DNA from: Caulobacteraceae bacterium
GTDB taxonomy: Bacteria; Pseudomonadota; Alphaproteobacteria; Caulobacterales; Caulobacteraceae
NCBI GenBank assembly: GCA_036488995.1
Contig: DASXGQ010000025.1
Coordinates: 1 to 24,000 of the forward strand
DNA length: 24,000 nucleotides
Direction of reading: 5' to 3'
The position numbers and the translations under genes are program-made. The stretch's first letter is position 1. Each line of letters begins with the position of its first letter. Below, piece by piece: positions 1 through 8,414 of this stretch. Below the pieces are notes generated by a model that did no database searches, was not told where the DNA came from, and saw only the letters and a list, made by a program, of their open reading frames with translations.

Positions 1-2607
1 CAGGCGGTCCACGATCGCAAGGCCCAGCCCCAGGCCGCGGCCCCGTTCGCGGGCGGCGTTGTCGATCTGATGATACGCCTCGAAGATCGCCGGCAAGTCC
101 GCCGGCGCGATGCCGATCCCCGTGTCCCAGACTTCGATGGCAAGCTGGTCTCCGCGCCGCCGGCAGCCGATCAGGACTTTTCCGGTCTTGGTGTACTTCA
201 GAGCGTTGGAGACGAGATTCCGGATCACCTGTTCGAGCAGGCGAGGATCGCTCCGGATCGACCGCCGGCAGGGGACGATGCGCAGGTCGAGCTTTTGGGA
301 TTGCGCCTGCAGGCTGAACTCGGTCTGGATCCGCCGCAGGACGTCGTCGATCACGAAGCTCACCTGGGTCGGGCGGACCACGCCGGCTTCGATCTGATTG
401 ATGTCGAGCAGGGTGTTGAGCATGCCGGTCATCAGGCCGACGGTCTGCTCGAGGCGGGCGACCAGCCCCTTGGCCCGGTCATCCAGGGCCGTTCGCGAAA
501 GCAGCCCTTGAATCAGCGCGAGCGACTGGAGCGGCTGGCGCAAGTCATGGCTCGCCACAGCCAGGAACCGCGACTTGGCGGCGTCGGCGTGCTCGGCCTT
601 CGCCCTCGCCGCTTGCAGCGCATGTGCGGCTTGCCTGGCTTCGGTGACGTCGGTGAAGGTGATGATCACGCCCTCCACGCCGTTGTCGAGCGTCCGGTAG
701 GGCAGGATCCGCCTGGTGAAACAAAGCCCGGTCGTGGTTTCGATGTCCCGCTCGACTGGCGCGCGGCTGTGCAGAACCGCGAGGGCGTCCCCGGCAAGGG
801 CGAGATCGGGGGCCAGCGAGGAGAGATCGGCCAGGGGGCGGCCGATATCTGAGGGGATGACGTTGAACAATGATCTCGTTGTGGGCGTGAAGAACCTGAT
901 ATTCAGGCCCACATCCAGAAATAACATGGCGAGATCTGTGCTGTAGATAATATTCTGAAGATCGTTGGAGGTTGTCTTGTGTTTCTCAAGTGACTCTTGT
1001 AGCTGACTGTTTAGCGCGGTCAATTCCTCGTTAAGAGATTGCAATTCTTCCTTGGAGGTGAGGAGTTCTTCGTTCGTGGACTGGAATTCCTCGTTGATGG
1101 AGAGGGCCTCTTCATTGATGGCCTTCTGCTCTTCGCTCGAGAGTTCAAGGCTGCGGACGGCGGCCTGAAGCTCGGTTCGGCTCGCGTCCAGCTCGGCTTC
1201 GAGTGCGGCGACACGGGTGGCGTCTGCCCCGATCTGCGTGGCCCCACGCCTCTGCTCCGGCGACGGTTGTTCGACGAAGCTGATCAGAAGCAGGTCTTCG
1301 CCCTCGCTCGTGACGGGCTGGAGGTCGAGGCTGAAGTGGACGGTCCCGCCTGCGCCACTGACCGAGCACCCGCCGACCGTCTGGCGCGAGCCGTCGCGGC
1401 GAGCCTGTTGGATCGCAGAGCGCATCTTGCCGCGCAGGCCCTGTGGCGTCAGGGCGATCAGGTCATGGGTGGGCGCACCCGGCGGTACGCGCAGGTAACG
1501 GTCGGTCGGGCCAAGCAGGTGGAGGCACTCGCTCTTGGCGTTGATCAGAACCGCCGCCGGCGCGTAGGTCTCCATCACCATCCGGCGGGCCAGTTCGGCG
1601 AGCACCGTTTGCCGCGCGGGCTGGGGAGGCCTTCCCGCCCGGGCCGGGACACGCAGTCCGTCCGGCGCGTTGATCGCCGCGGCGAGGTCGCCAGGGCGGC
1701 TTCGGCCGACGTGCCGGTACAACCGGTCGGATTTCGAGATCGCCGTGAAGCGATCCTCGGCGTCGCCGATGGTTTCGGCGCTGCCGAGCAGGAGAGCGCC
1801 GCCCTGGCGAAGCGAGAAATGGAACAGGGCGATGGCCCGGGCCTGCGCTTCGGGCGTCAGGTAGATCAGGAGATTTCGGCAGCTGATCAGGTCGATGCGT
1901 GAGAACGGCGGATCGACAAGCAGATCCTGAACGGTGAAGACGATCGCCGAGCGCAGTTCGGGGGACACCCGGTAACCGGCCTCTTCTCTCGAAAAGAAAC
2001 GCGCGAGCCGAGCGGCCGACACATCGGCGGCGATCGTCTCCGGGTAGAGCCCGTCGCGGGCGATCGCCACCGCGTCGGGATCCACGTCCGAAGCGAAGAT
2101 CTGGAGCTTCAGGTTCGACCTTGCCGCCGTGAGCGCCTCGCGCAGCAGCATGGCGATCGAATAGGCCTCTTCCCCCGTGCTGCAGCCGACGACCCACACC
2201 CTCAGGCTCTGATCTGCCGGATGTTCGCGCAGCATGTCCGGAATCGTCGTTTCGGCGAGTTGCTGGAAGACCATCGGGTCGCGGAAGAACGACGTGACGT
2301 TGATCAGCAGGTCCTTGGCCAGCAGATCGACCTCATCCTGGCTCGTCTCCAGGAGATCGAGATATTGCCCCATGTCCCCTGGATCGAGCGCCGCAAGCGA
2401 CATGCGCCGCTCGATCCGCCGCCGTAGCGTACCGCTCTTGTAGAGCGTGAAGTCGTGGGCGGTCCTGCGTCGCAGGAGATCGACGATGCGTGGCGTCCAG
2501 TCGGCGTCTGTCGCGAGGGGGCCCGGCTCCCGAATTTGCAGGCGCTTGCTGCAGGTGACGGCCGAATGGCGCCAACGCCGCCGGCATGTCCGCGATTGAC
2601 AGGACAT
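1..2607 (-). CDS. CheR-type methyltransferase / PAS / histidine kinase hybrid sensor, partial (runs off left edge)
   Basis: Manual minus-strand translation is open to position 1 and is absent from the ORF track, probably because it is partial. It reads MSCQSRT...RTAHDFTLYKSGTLRRRIERRMSL...VVGCSTGEEAYSIAMLL...SFFRDP...SCRNLLIYL (CheR), then EEFQSTNEELLTSKEELQSLNEELTALNSQLQ (linker coil), then LFLDVGLNIRFFTP (PAS), then FLAVASHDLRQPLQSL...NLVSNALKYTKTG...DTGIGIAP...RGLGLGLAIVDRL (HisKA/HATPase). The start codon is uncertain; ATG at 2607 is the first plausible one. Confidence 0.85.
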   Translation of the reverse strand, partial: MSCQSRTCRRRWRHSAVTCSKRLQIREPGPLATDADWTPRIVDLLRRRTAHDFTLYKSGTLRRRIERRMSLAALDPGDMGQYLDLLETSQDEVDLLAKDLLINVTSFFRDPMVFQQLAETTIPDMLREHPADQSLRVWVVGCSTGEEAYSIAMLLREALTAARSNLKLQIFASDVDPDAVAIARDGLYPETIAADVSAARLARFFSREEAGYRVSPELRSAIVFTVQDLLVDPPFSRIDLISCRNLLIYLTPEAQARAIALFHFSLRQGGALLLGSAETIGDAEDRFTAISKSDRLYRHVGRSRPGDLAAAINAPDGLRVPARAGRPPQPARQTVLAELARRMVMETYAPAAVLINAKSECLHLLGPTDRYLRVPPGAPTHDLIALTPQGLRGKMRSAIQQARRDGSRQTVGGCSVSGAGGTVHFSLDLQPVTSEGEDLLLISFVEQPSPEQRRGATQIGADATRVAALEAELDASRTELQAAVRSLELSSEEQKAINEEALSINEEFQSTNEELLTSKEELQSLNEELTALNSQLQESLEKHKTTSNDLQNIIYSTDLAMLFLDVGLNIRFFTPTTRSLFNVIPSDIGRPLADLSSLAPDLALAGDALAVLHSRAPVERDIETTTGLCFTRRILPYRTLDNGVEGVIITFTDVTEARQAAHALQAARAKAEHADAAKSRFLAVASHDLRQPLQSLALIQGLLSRTALDDRAKGLVARLEQTVGLMTGMLNTLLDINQIEAGVVRPTQVSFVIDDVLRRIQTEFSLQAQSQKLDLRIVPCRRSIRSDPRLLEQVIRNLVSNALKYTKTGKVLIGCRRRGDQLAIEVWDTGIGIAPADLPAIFEAYHQIDNAARERGRGLGLGLAIVDRL

Positions 2608-3253
2608 GGTCCACCGCGCCCGTCGCGATCGCGCTCCTTGGCATTCCGTCGTGGGCGGCCTCGAGGGGGTCCTGAGCGATGATCAGGCCACCCTTCTCAC
2701 GCACGGCCCTGAGGCCCAGGCTGCCGTCTGCGCCAGTTCCGGAGAGGACGATGCATACGGCGCGCGAACCGAAGGCGTCGGCCAGCGACCGCAGAAGGTA
2801 GTCGAACGGCAGCCTGGCGCCATGTCGGGCCTGCGGCTGCGAAAGACGGAGTGCGCCCTTGGCTGCAGACAGATAGGTCCCCGGAGGGATGACGTAGACA
2901 CGGCCGGGCGCGATCCGCACGCCGTCGATCGCCTCGCTGACCGGCATGGCGGTATGCTCGGCAAGCAGGCTCACCATCATGCTCGGGTGTGTCGGATCCA
3001 GGTGCTGGACGAGAATGAAGGCCGCCCCGGAGTCCGGCGGGAGCGCGCGCAGCAGCCTGCTCGCGGCGTCGAGTCCGCCCGCCGAGGCGCCGATCCCGAC
3101 GACCGGAAACGCCTCGGTCGCGGGCTTTCCCGCTCCAGACGACGCCGGATCTGCGCTGCGATTGGTTCTGGTGAGATGTTGGCGCCGTCCCGCCACGGGA
3201 GGCTCTTTTCTGCAGACGGAGCCCTTCGAGGGAGCCCGGCGTGACCCTATCAC
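2333..3253 (-). CDS. CheB-type methylesterase domain protein, reading out of frame relative to CheR
   Basis: GTG start at 3253. VVGIGASAGGLDAASRLLRALPPDSGAAFILVQHLDPTHPSMM...GVRIAPGRVYVIPPGTYLS...VLSGTGADGSLGLRAVREKGGLIIAQDPLEAAHDGMPRSAIATGAVDHVLSIADMPAAL is a typical CheB catalytic domain. Sequence after about 2545 is out of frame relative to the CheR homology. Confidence 0.8.
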   Translation of the reverse strand: MIGSRRAPSKGSVCRKEPPVAGRRQHLTRTNRSADPASSGAGKPATEAFPVVGIGASAGGLDAASRLLRALPPDSGAAFILVQHLDPTHPSMMVSLLAEHTAMPVSEAIDGVRIAPGRVYVIPPGTYLSAAKGALRLSQPQARHGARLPFDYLLRSLADAFGSRAVCIVLSGTGADGSLGLRAVREKGGLIIAQDPLEAAHDGMPRSAIATGAVDHVLSIADMPAALAPFGRHLQQAPANSGAGPPRDRRRLDATHRRSPATQDRPRLHALQERYATAADRAAHVACGARSRGHGAISRSPGDEPG

Positions 3254-3372
3254 TTCAGCGGCACAGATACGATGATGATCCCCTCAACGGGGGCTGAGTA
3301 GTTTCCGACGATAGCCTTGACGATTGACGCGCCTATGGTTTCGCCGGCCGTTCACGGGAGTGAGACCAGAAG

Positions 3373-3756
3373 ATGGACAGGCTGCGCATACTGGTCGCGG
3401 AAGACGATGCGCTCATCGCCATGCTCCTCGACGACGTTCTGACCGAAATGGGACATGAGGTCTGTGCGACCGAGTCCACCCAGGCCGGTGCGGTGGCGGC
3501 GGCGGCCCGCTGCAGCCCCGATCTGATGATCGTCGACGCCCGGCTCGGCGGGGGCAGTGGCGTTCTCGCCGTCGACGAGATCCTGAAAAGCGGCTTCATT
3601 CCCCATGTCTTCACCAGCGGAGACATCGCCGCGCTTCGAGAACTCGAGGGCCGCGCGATCGTGATCGAGAAACCCTTCCACGCACCCCAACTCGCCCGCG
3701 CGGTGACGATGGCGATGGAGCCGGGGCTCGGGCGCCAGCCGACGTCGCCCGCATAA
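3373..3756 (+). CDS. Single-domain response regulator (receiver domain)
   Basis: ILVAEDDALIAMLLDDVLTEMGHEV...PDLMIVDARLGGGSG...VFTSGD...VIEKPF: acidic pocket, phospho-acceptor Asp, Thr/Ser and Lys are all present. Confidence 0.9.
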   Translation: MDRLRILVAEDDALIAMLLDDVLTEMGHEVCATESTQAGAVAAAARCSPDLMIVDARLGGGSGVLAVDEILKSGFIPHVFTSGDIAALRELEGRAIVIEKPFHAPQLARAVTMAMEPGLGRQPTSPA

Positions 3757-3838
3757 CCCGTGTGGCCGGTCACCTGGATTCCGCGGTCCACCCGCTCTGC
3801 CAACAAAGAGCAGGGACGTATCTTAGGAGTTTGCGGCG

Positions 3839-4444
3839 TCACGCTCGGCCCTTGGCGAGCACTCCGGCGACCGTATCCCGCGCGTGGAGCAGGACAGATC
3901 TGTGCTCCTCTGCCGAGACCTCGACAAAGCCCAATCCTCGCAGCAGGAAAATTCCTTCGACAGCCAGCAGGGCGTTGCGGACCTCATGCGCCTCGCCCGA
4001 CTCCGCTAAGAGTGGATCGAGCAGCGCACGGTAATAGCGTCGCGCTGGCTCCATCATATCGGGGGCGTGCACTAAGGCGGTTACCAGGAAAGCCGCCTTG
4101 CGCGTCGCCGCGTCGTCTTCATCGAGCGCTTCCTCAATGTGGGCCAGGACCAGTTCGAAAGGCTTGACTGGCTTGCCGTCGAGCCGCCGGCCGACCGCCT
4201 CTTGAAAGCGCGCGACTTCGCGCTCCAACGCCGCGCGGACCAACCCATCCTTGGTCGCGAAGCTATAGACGAGACCGCCCTTGCTGATGCCCGCCCGCCC
4301 AGCGACGGCATCGAGCGTGAAACTTCGGCCTCGGGAATCGAGGATCACGCTCTCGGCGGCATCCAGAATCCGATCCCGGTCAATTTCCTTCTTACGCGTC
4401 AAACCTAGTCCCTTGCTTTTCCGACCGGCCAGTCGCATAACCAT
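3839..4444 (-). CDS. TetR family transcriptional regulator
   Basis: KKEIDRDRILDAAESVILDSRGRSFTLDAVAGRAGISKGGLVYSFATKDGLVRAALEREV is a typical TetR HTH. The track ORF starts at 4537, but the ATG at 4444 (or 4438) is preferred because upstream residues are not TetR-like and a palindrome lies at 4467-4487. Confidence 0.85.
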   Translation of the reverse strand: MVMRLAGRKSKGLGLTRKKEIDRDRILDAAESVILDSRGRSFTLDAVAGRAGISKGGLVYSFATKDGLVRAALEREVARFQEAVGRRLDGKPVKPFELVLAHIEEALDEDDAATRKAAFLVTALVHAPDMMEPARRYYRALLDPLLAESGEAHEVRNALLAVEGIFLLRGLGFVEVSAEEHRSVLLHARDTVAGVLAKGRA

Positions 4445-4466
4445 TTCCGACTGGACGGTCGGATTA

Positions 4467-4487
4467 CCACGGCGGGGTGCGCCGTGG
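4467..4487. promoter_or_regulatory. Candidate TetR operator palindrome CCACGGC-N7-GCCGTGG
   Basis: Perfect 7-bp arms with a 7-nt spacer (CCACGGC GGGGTGC GCCGTGG), lying between tetR and the divergent VOC gene if tetR starts at 4444. Confidence 0.45.
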
Positions 4488-4580
4488 AAGCCGGCCTCTC
4501 CGTTAGTGTTCGTTGAACAATAGTGACGAGTTTGCACCTCTTAGCCGGCAAAAACTCAACAGTGGAGGGTCAGTAGAAAC

Positions 4581-5012
4581 ATGAACGACAATTTGCCTGC
4601 AGCAACCTTCGGACATTTTGTCATGAAAGTTAATGATATTGATCGCAGCTATCAATTTTATACAAAACTCGGTTTGCGTCCATTTGGCAAATTTCCAGAC
4701 TTGGCAATTATCGAATTGCGGGGAGGGGCACACATTTTGCTTTTTGGAAAGAATGATAAATTGCCACCTTCGCTAAATTCTAGCCAACTTGGCCAGCGCG
4801 GCGCTTCTTTTAACGAGCGACTCGACTTGATGATTGACGGTAACTCTAGGAGCGATCTGGAATCGTACAGGATGAATTTAATAAACAAGAGATTGTCGGT
4901 AGATGCAATTGCTCAAGACCAAATTTTTGGTCACGACTACTTCCAGTTGGTCGATCCTGATGGCAATGGCATAACGGTATATACCAGCCACACGGGAGAG
5001 TTATCAGTCTAG
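4581..5012 (+). CDS. VOC (glyoxalase/bleomycin resistance/extradiol dioxygenase-like) family protein
   Basis: FGHFVMKVNDIDRSYQFYTKLGLRPFGKF...AIIELRGGAHILLF...YFQLVDPDGNGITVYTSH has VOC fold signatures. GGAGGG lies about 15-20 nt upstream of the ATG. The gene is conspicuously AT-rich. Confidence 0.8.
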   Translation: MNDNLPAATFGHFVMKVNDIDRSYQFYTKLGLRPFGKFPDLAIIELRGGAHILLFGKNDKLPPSLNSSQLGQRGASFNERLDLMIDGNSRSDLESYRMNLINKRLSVDAIAQDQIFGHDYFQLVDPDGNGITVYTSHTGELSV

Positions 5013-5102
5013 GTTCTGTTGACGAAGTGCCTGTTAGGTCCGGCCAGCCATGCTGACGGGCGATCAGGTGATTTGGGATTCCACTTCGTCAACACGACCT
5101 AG
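5009..5102. mobile_element. Candidate MITE or internally deleted IS remnant with terminal inverted repeats
   Basis: Left end (5011-5029) AGGTTCTGTTGACGAAGTG; right end (5082-5100) CACTTCGTCAACACGACCT. They are inverted repeats matching 17/19, including a perfect inner 13 bp. The outer boundaries read CTAG on both sides (5009-5012 and 5099-5102). Confidence 0.55.
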
Positions 5103-6259
5103 TCCGCCGCGGGACGGCGGATCTCGCGGAACGCGATCAGTCGGCGGCTCGTCTCGTCCCAGAGCGCGAGCCGCACGCTCTTGATGCTGTCGCGAAGACT
5201 GAGGCGACCGCAGGCCTTCAGCTGCGGATGATCGTGCAGCACCTCGGCCAGCCGGTAGAAAGGGATGCGGCTGTTCAGGTGGTGGACGTGGTGCACGCCG
5301 ATGCTCGCGGAGAACCAGCGCAGCACCGGTGGGAGGTCGTAATGGGAGCTGCCCCACAGCGCCGCCTCGTCCCGGTTCCAGGCTTGCTGTCGCGCCCAGG
5401 ACGTCTGTTCGAACTGATGCTGGACGTAGAAGAGCCATACGCCGATGGTTGCGGCCAGTAGCAGGGTGGGGCCCTGCACGAGCAGGAAGGGCGCGGCTCC
5501 AAACAGCCACGCGCCCCCCGTCAGGAAGGCGGCGATCGTCAGGTTCGTGCTCATGACGCTGACCCACGGTCGCCACCCCGCCCGCATGAACCCGATCGGA
5601 AGCCTGTTTTGCAGGAGGAATACGAAGGTCGGAGCGAGGCCGAACAGGACGGACGGGTGCCGGTAGAGGCGGTAGAGCCATCGGCGGACTGGCGGTAGCG
5701 CAAGATACTCCCGCACGGTGAGCACGTGGATCGCCCCGGGGCCGCGTCGGTCGAGGTTGCCGGAGGTTGCGTGGTGGACGGCGTGGGTGCGCCGCCAATG
5801 GTCATAGGGGGTCAGGGTGAGAACCCCGATCGCTCGTCCGATCCAGTCGTTGACGGTGCGGTTGCGGAAGAAGGCGCCGTGACCGCAGTCATGCTGGATC
5901 ATGAACAGGCGGACCAGGAATCCGGCGGCCGGGACCGTCAGCAGGACGGCCCACCACCAGCCGCGCTCTAGCGCCAACCAGGCGATAAGCCACAAGGCTG
6001 CGAGGGGCAGGGCCGTAATGGTAAGTTCCCGCGCGCTGCGGCGGGCATCGGGGCTGCGATATCTGATCAAGCGTCGGGCCCATTCGCGGGCGCCGTTCAC
6101 CCCCTGGAAGGTATGCGGTGCGGGCTCAGGGGCGGTGTCATCGGGCCGGATACTCCCGGCCTCCAGCGGCGTAACACCGCTGGAGGCTCCCGCGACCGCT
6201 CCCCATTGTTGCCGGACGACCTGGCGCGTTGGCGTAGGGCGATTGAAATCTGTGGACAC
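5099..6259 (-). CDS. Fatty acid desaturase family membrane protein
   Basis: Histidine boxes HDCGHGAFF, HWRRTHAVHHA and GVHHVHHLNSRIPFYRL, plus multiple hydrophobic segments. Confidence 0.9.
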   Translation of the reverse strand: MSTDFNRPTPTRQVVRQQWGAVAGASSGVTPLEAGSIRPDDTAPEPAPHTFQGVNGAREWARRLIRYRSPDARRSARELTITALPLAALWLIAWLALERGWWWAVLLTVPAAGFLVRLFMIQHDCGHGAFFRNRTVNDWIGRAIGVLTLTPYDHWRRTHAVHHATSGNLDRRGPGAIHVLTVREYLALPPVRRWLYRLYRHPSVLFGLAPTFVFLLQNRLPIGFMRAGWRPWVSVMSTNLTIAAFLTGGAWLFGAAPFLLVQGPTLLLAATIGVWLFYVQHQFEQTSWARQQAWNRDEAALWGSSHYDLPPVLRWFSASIGVHHVHHLNSRIPFYRLAEVLHDHPQLKACGRLSLRDSIKSVRLALWDETSRRLIAFREIRRPAAD

Positions 6260-6278
6260 GTCGTCAGCCCGCGGAGCT

Positions 6279-7118
6279 TCAGCTGATCAGGCTCGGGCTT
6301 TCGGGCAAGGCGGTGGTTTGTCGGACGCCGGCGCCGTTGGTCTTGGTGGACGCGGCGTCCATGATCTCGAGGAAGGGCTTCACGATGTCGAGCGGCATCG
6401 GGAAGATCACTGTGGAGTTCTGCTCCGCGCCGATTTCGGTGAGGGTCTGGAGGTAGCGCAGCTGCATGGCCGCCGGGACGCTGCCCAGGATCATGGCGGC
6501 GTTGACCAGCGTCTGGGAAGCCTGGAATTCGGCCTCCGCGTGAATGATCTTGGCCCGGCGGTCGCGCTCGGCCTCCGCCTGCTTGGCGATGGCGCGGACC
6601 ATGTTCTCCCCGAGTTCGACGGTGCGGATCTCGACGTTGGTGACCTTGATGCCCCAGACCTCCGTCTGGACGTCGACAATGGCCTGGACGTCCGCGTTCA
6701 GCTTCGTCCGCTCCGACAGCATCTCGTCCAGTGCGTGCTGCCCGAGCACTGAGCGCAGGGTGGTCTGGGCCAGCATGATCGTAGCGTTGAGGAATGCCTG
6801 TACGTGGATGACGGCGGCTTCCGGGTCGACGACCTTGAAGTAGAGCACCGCGTCGACCTTCATCGACACGTTGTCCTTGGAGATGACGTCCTGGGTCGGG
6901 ATCTCGATCACCTGAACCCGCAGGTCCACTCGCACCATTTGCTGAATCATCGGAATCAACAGCACCAAGCCAGGTCCCTTGACCTTGTCGAATCGGCCCA
7001 GGGTGAAGACGACTGCTCGCTCGTACTCGCGTAATATCTTTATCGCGAGCGTCAGAGTGGTCACAGCCAAGAAAATAAATAGTGGAAGGAGATACATGTA
7101 GATCGTCGACATAGTCAT
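6279..7118 (-). CDS. Slipin / SPFH (stomatin-prohibitin) domain protein
   Basis: N-terminal TM followed by [27 protein letters not shown]...[41 protein letters not shown]...[20 protein letters not shown]...[20 protein letters not shown]. Confidence 0.92.
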   Translation of the reverse strand: MTMSTIYMYLLPLFIFLAVTTLTLAIKILREYERAVVFTLGRFDKVKGPGLVLLIPMIQQMVRVDLRVQVIEIPTQDVISKDNVSMKVDAVLYFKVVDPEAAVIHVQAFLNATIMLAQTTLRSVLGQHALDEMLSERTKLNADVQAIVDVQTEVWGIKVTNVEIRTVELGENMVRAIAKQAEAERDRRAKIIHAEAEFQASQTLVNAAMILGSVPAAMQLRYLQTLTEIGAEQNSTVIFPMPLDIVKPFLEIMDAASTKTNGAGVRQTTALPESPSLIS

Positions 7119-7278
7119 TCTCTCCCGGGGCGCGAAACGATCGCGCGTGTCCGGCGCCTGTGGGCGAAAAGCTAGGCGGACGAGGCGGCTTTGGGCAGGC
7201 TCGGAAACTACTCAACGCGCGCTTCTGTGGCGCGCGGAGGCTGAGCCCAGCATCGTGTCGATGTACGAGTCGCAAGCT

Positions 7279-7306
7279 CCCGCCGACCCTCGAAAGGATC
7301 GGCGGG
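7279..7306 (-). terminator. Strong stem-loop just downstream of the BON-domain gene
   Basis: Plus strand CCCGCCGA C CCT CGAA AGG A TCGGCGGG: 8 bp, one mismatch, 3 bp, 4-nt loop. It starts 9 nt past the gene's stop end. No clear T-tract. Confidence 0.5.
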
Positions 7307-7314
7307 TCGTTCGG

Positions 7315-7965
7315 CTAGCTGATCGTCAGATCGTTCTGCACCGCCATTGCGCCCGGCGAATTCCAGGCGACGGCGCCGGCAATCGCTTTGGCATGAGGCG
7401 AGTGGACAGTCCCGGTCAGCTTGACCTTACCCGAAACTGCGGTGACCAAAATGGAGTCCGGTCGCGTATACCAGGACCTCTTCAGCGCAGACTGGATTTC
7501 TGCGCTCATGGCGGCGGCGCCGACCCGGGGCTTCAGCACAATCAGGCTGGTCACGCCGGTTACGCCGTGCAGGTGTTGGACCTCGAGTTCGACGGCCTCT
7601 TTTTGAAAGTGCCACTGCACCTCGCCCGAGAGGGTGACGTGCCCGTTCTCGACCTTCACCCCGATGGCGTCCTTCGGCGCCGAAACGTTCCAGGCGAGAC
7701 GATTGGCGATTGCGGCGGCGATCTGCTCGTCGGTCCGTCCACTGCTCGAGGGAAGCTTGACCTTGATCTGTTCGACCACGGTCCGGACGCCCTGCACCCG
7801 TCGCGCCGCTCTCTCCGCGGCATTCCTGCTCATGAAGTTGTCGACGTAACCGGAGAGCGTGACGACGCCTTCCTTGGCGGTCACCGCGATGTGGTCGGCG
7901 GTCACGCTCGGCTCCCACTTCAGTTCTTCAAGCACGTTCATTTGTAGATCGCTGTCATGCGACAT
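7315..7965 (-). CDS. BON-domain protein with three BON repeats (OsmY-like)
   Basis: Repeated units: VTADHIAVTAKEGVVTLSGYVDNFMSRNAAERAARRVQGVRTVVEQIKV; ..IGVKVENGHVTLSGEVQWHFQKEAVELEVQHLHGVTGVTSLIVL; ..ILVTAVSGKVKLTGTVHSPHAKAIAGAVAWNSPGAMAVQNDLTI. Confidence 0.88.
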   Translation of the reverse strand: MSHDSDLQMNVLEELKWEPSVTADHIAVTAKEGVVTLSGYVDNFMSRNAAERAARRVQGVRTVVEQIKVKLPSSSGRTDEQIAAAIANRLAWNVSAPKDAIGVKVENGHVTLSGEVQWHFQKEAVELEVQHLHGVTGVTSLIVLKPRVGAAAMSAEIQSALKRSWYTRPDSILVTAVSGKVKLTGTVHSPHAKAIAGAVAWNSPGAMAVQNDLTIS

Positions 7966-8414
7966 GGAATCTCCAGTTGGTGAATTGGGGCGCGCACTGA
8001 AATATGCCGTGCGCTCGATGTTTTCTTAGCCGGTGGCGCTGTCGCGGGGCTGTCTGCGCGGGCGGTCGTTATATTCGACCGGTCGACATCAAATGCGCTT
8101 GCCAGAGATCTAAATCAAGGCCAAAATAATACTGACGGTTCAAAATATTGAAATATTTGTTTTCATCGGTGGTCGCGTTTTGGCCCGAGAAATTATATGG
8201 ATAAAAAGGCTCTAGAAGTCGATTTTGCCACAATGGGTGCGGGTAATTCTTCCGATGTTCGTGACGGTGGGGTCGCAAGTCCAGGATGACCGTCGAAAGA
8301 TTTGTTTTCGACGCTGGGTCATTCCGGCGTGTTTCACATCCGGGCAGATTTGATCACCGGACCCGGTCCGCTCCGACGCACGTTCAGACCCTGACTCGGC
8401 CTTGCAGCTATGGT

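Noticed and set aside
70-852. 260-aa plus-strand ORF
   Set aside because: Exact antisense register of the histidine kinase coding frame.
4505-4535. Possible third copy of the IS end (GTGTTCGTTGAACAATAGTG) left of the VOC gene
   Set aside because: Only loosely resembles GGTTCTGTTGACGAAGTG and needs gaps; not enough to claim a composite element.
6097-7275. 392-aa minus-strand ORF overlapping the slipin gene
   Set aside because: Arg/Pro/Gly-rich composition typical of an out-of-frame product; the slipin frame is unambiguous.
8069-8278. 69-aa minus-strand ORF MRPHRHEHRKNYPHPLWQNRL...
   Set aside because: No recognisable domain and located in an AT-rich likely intergenic patch; could not be supported as coding.
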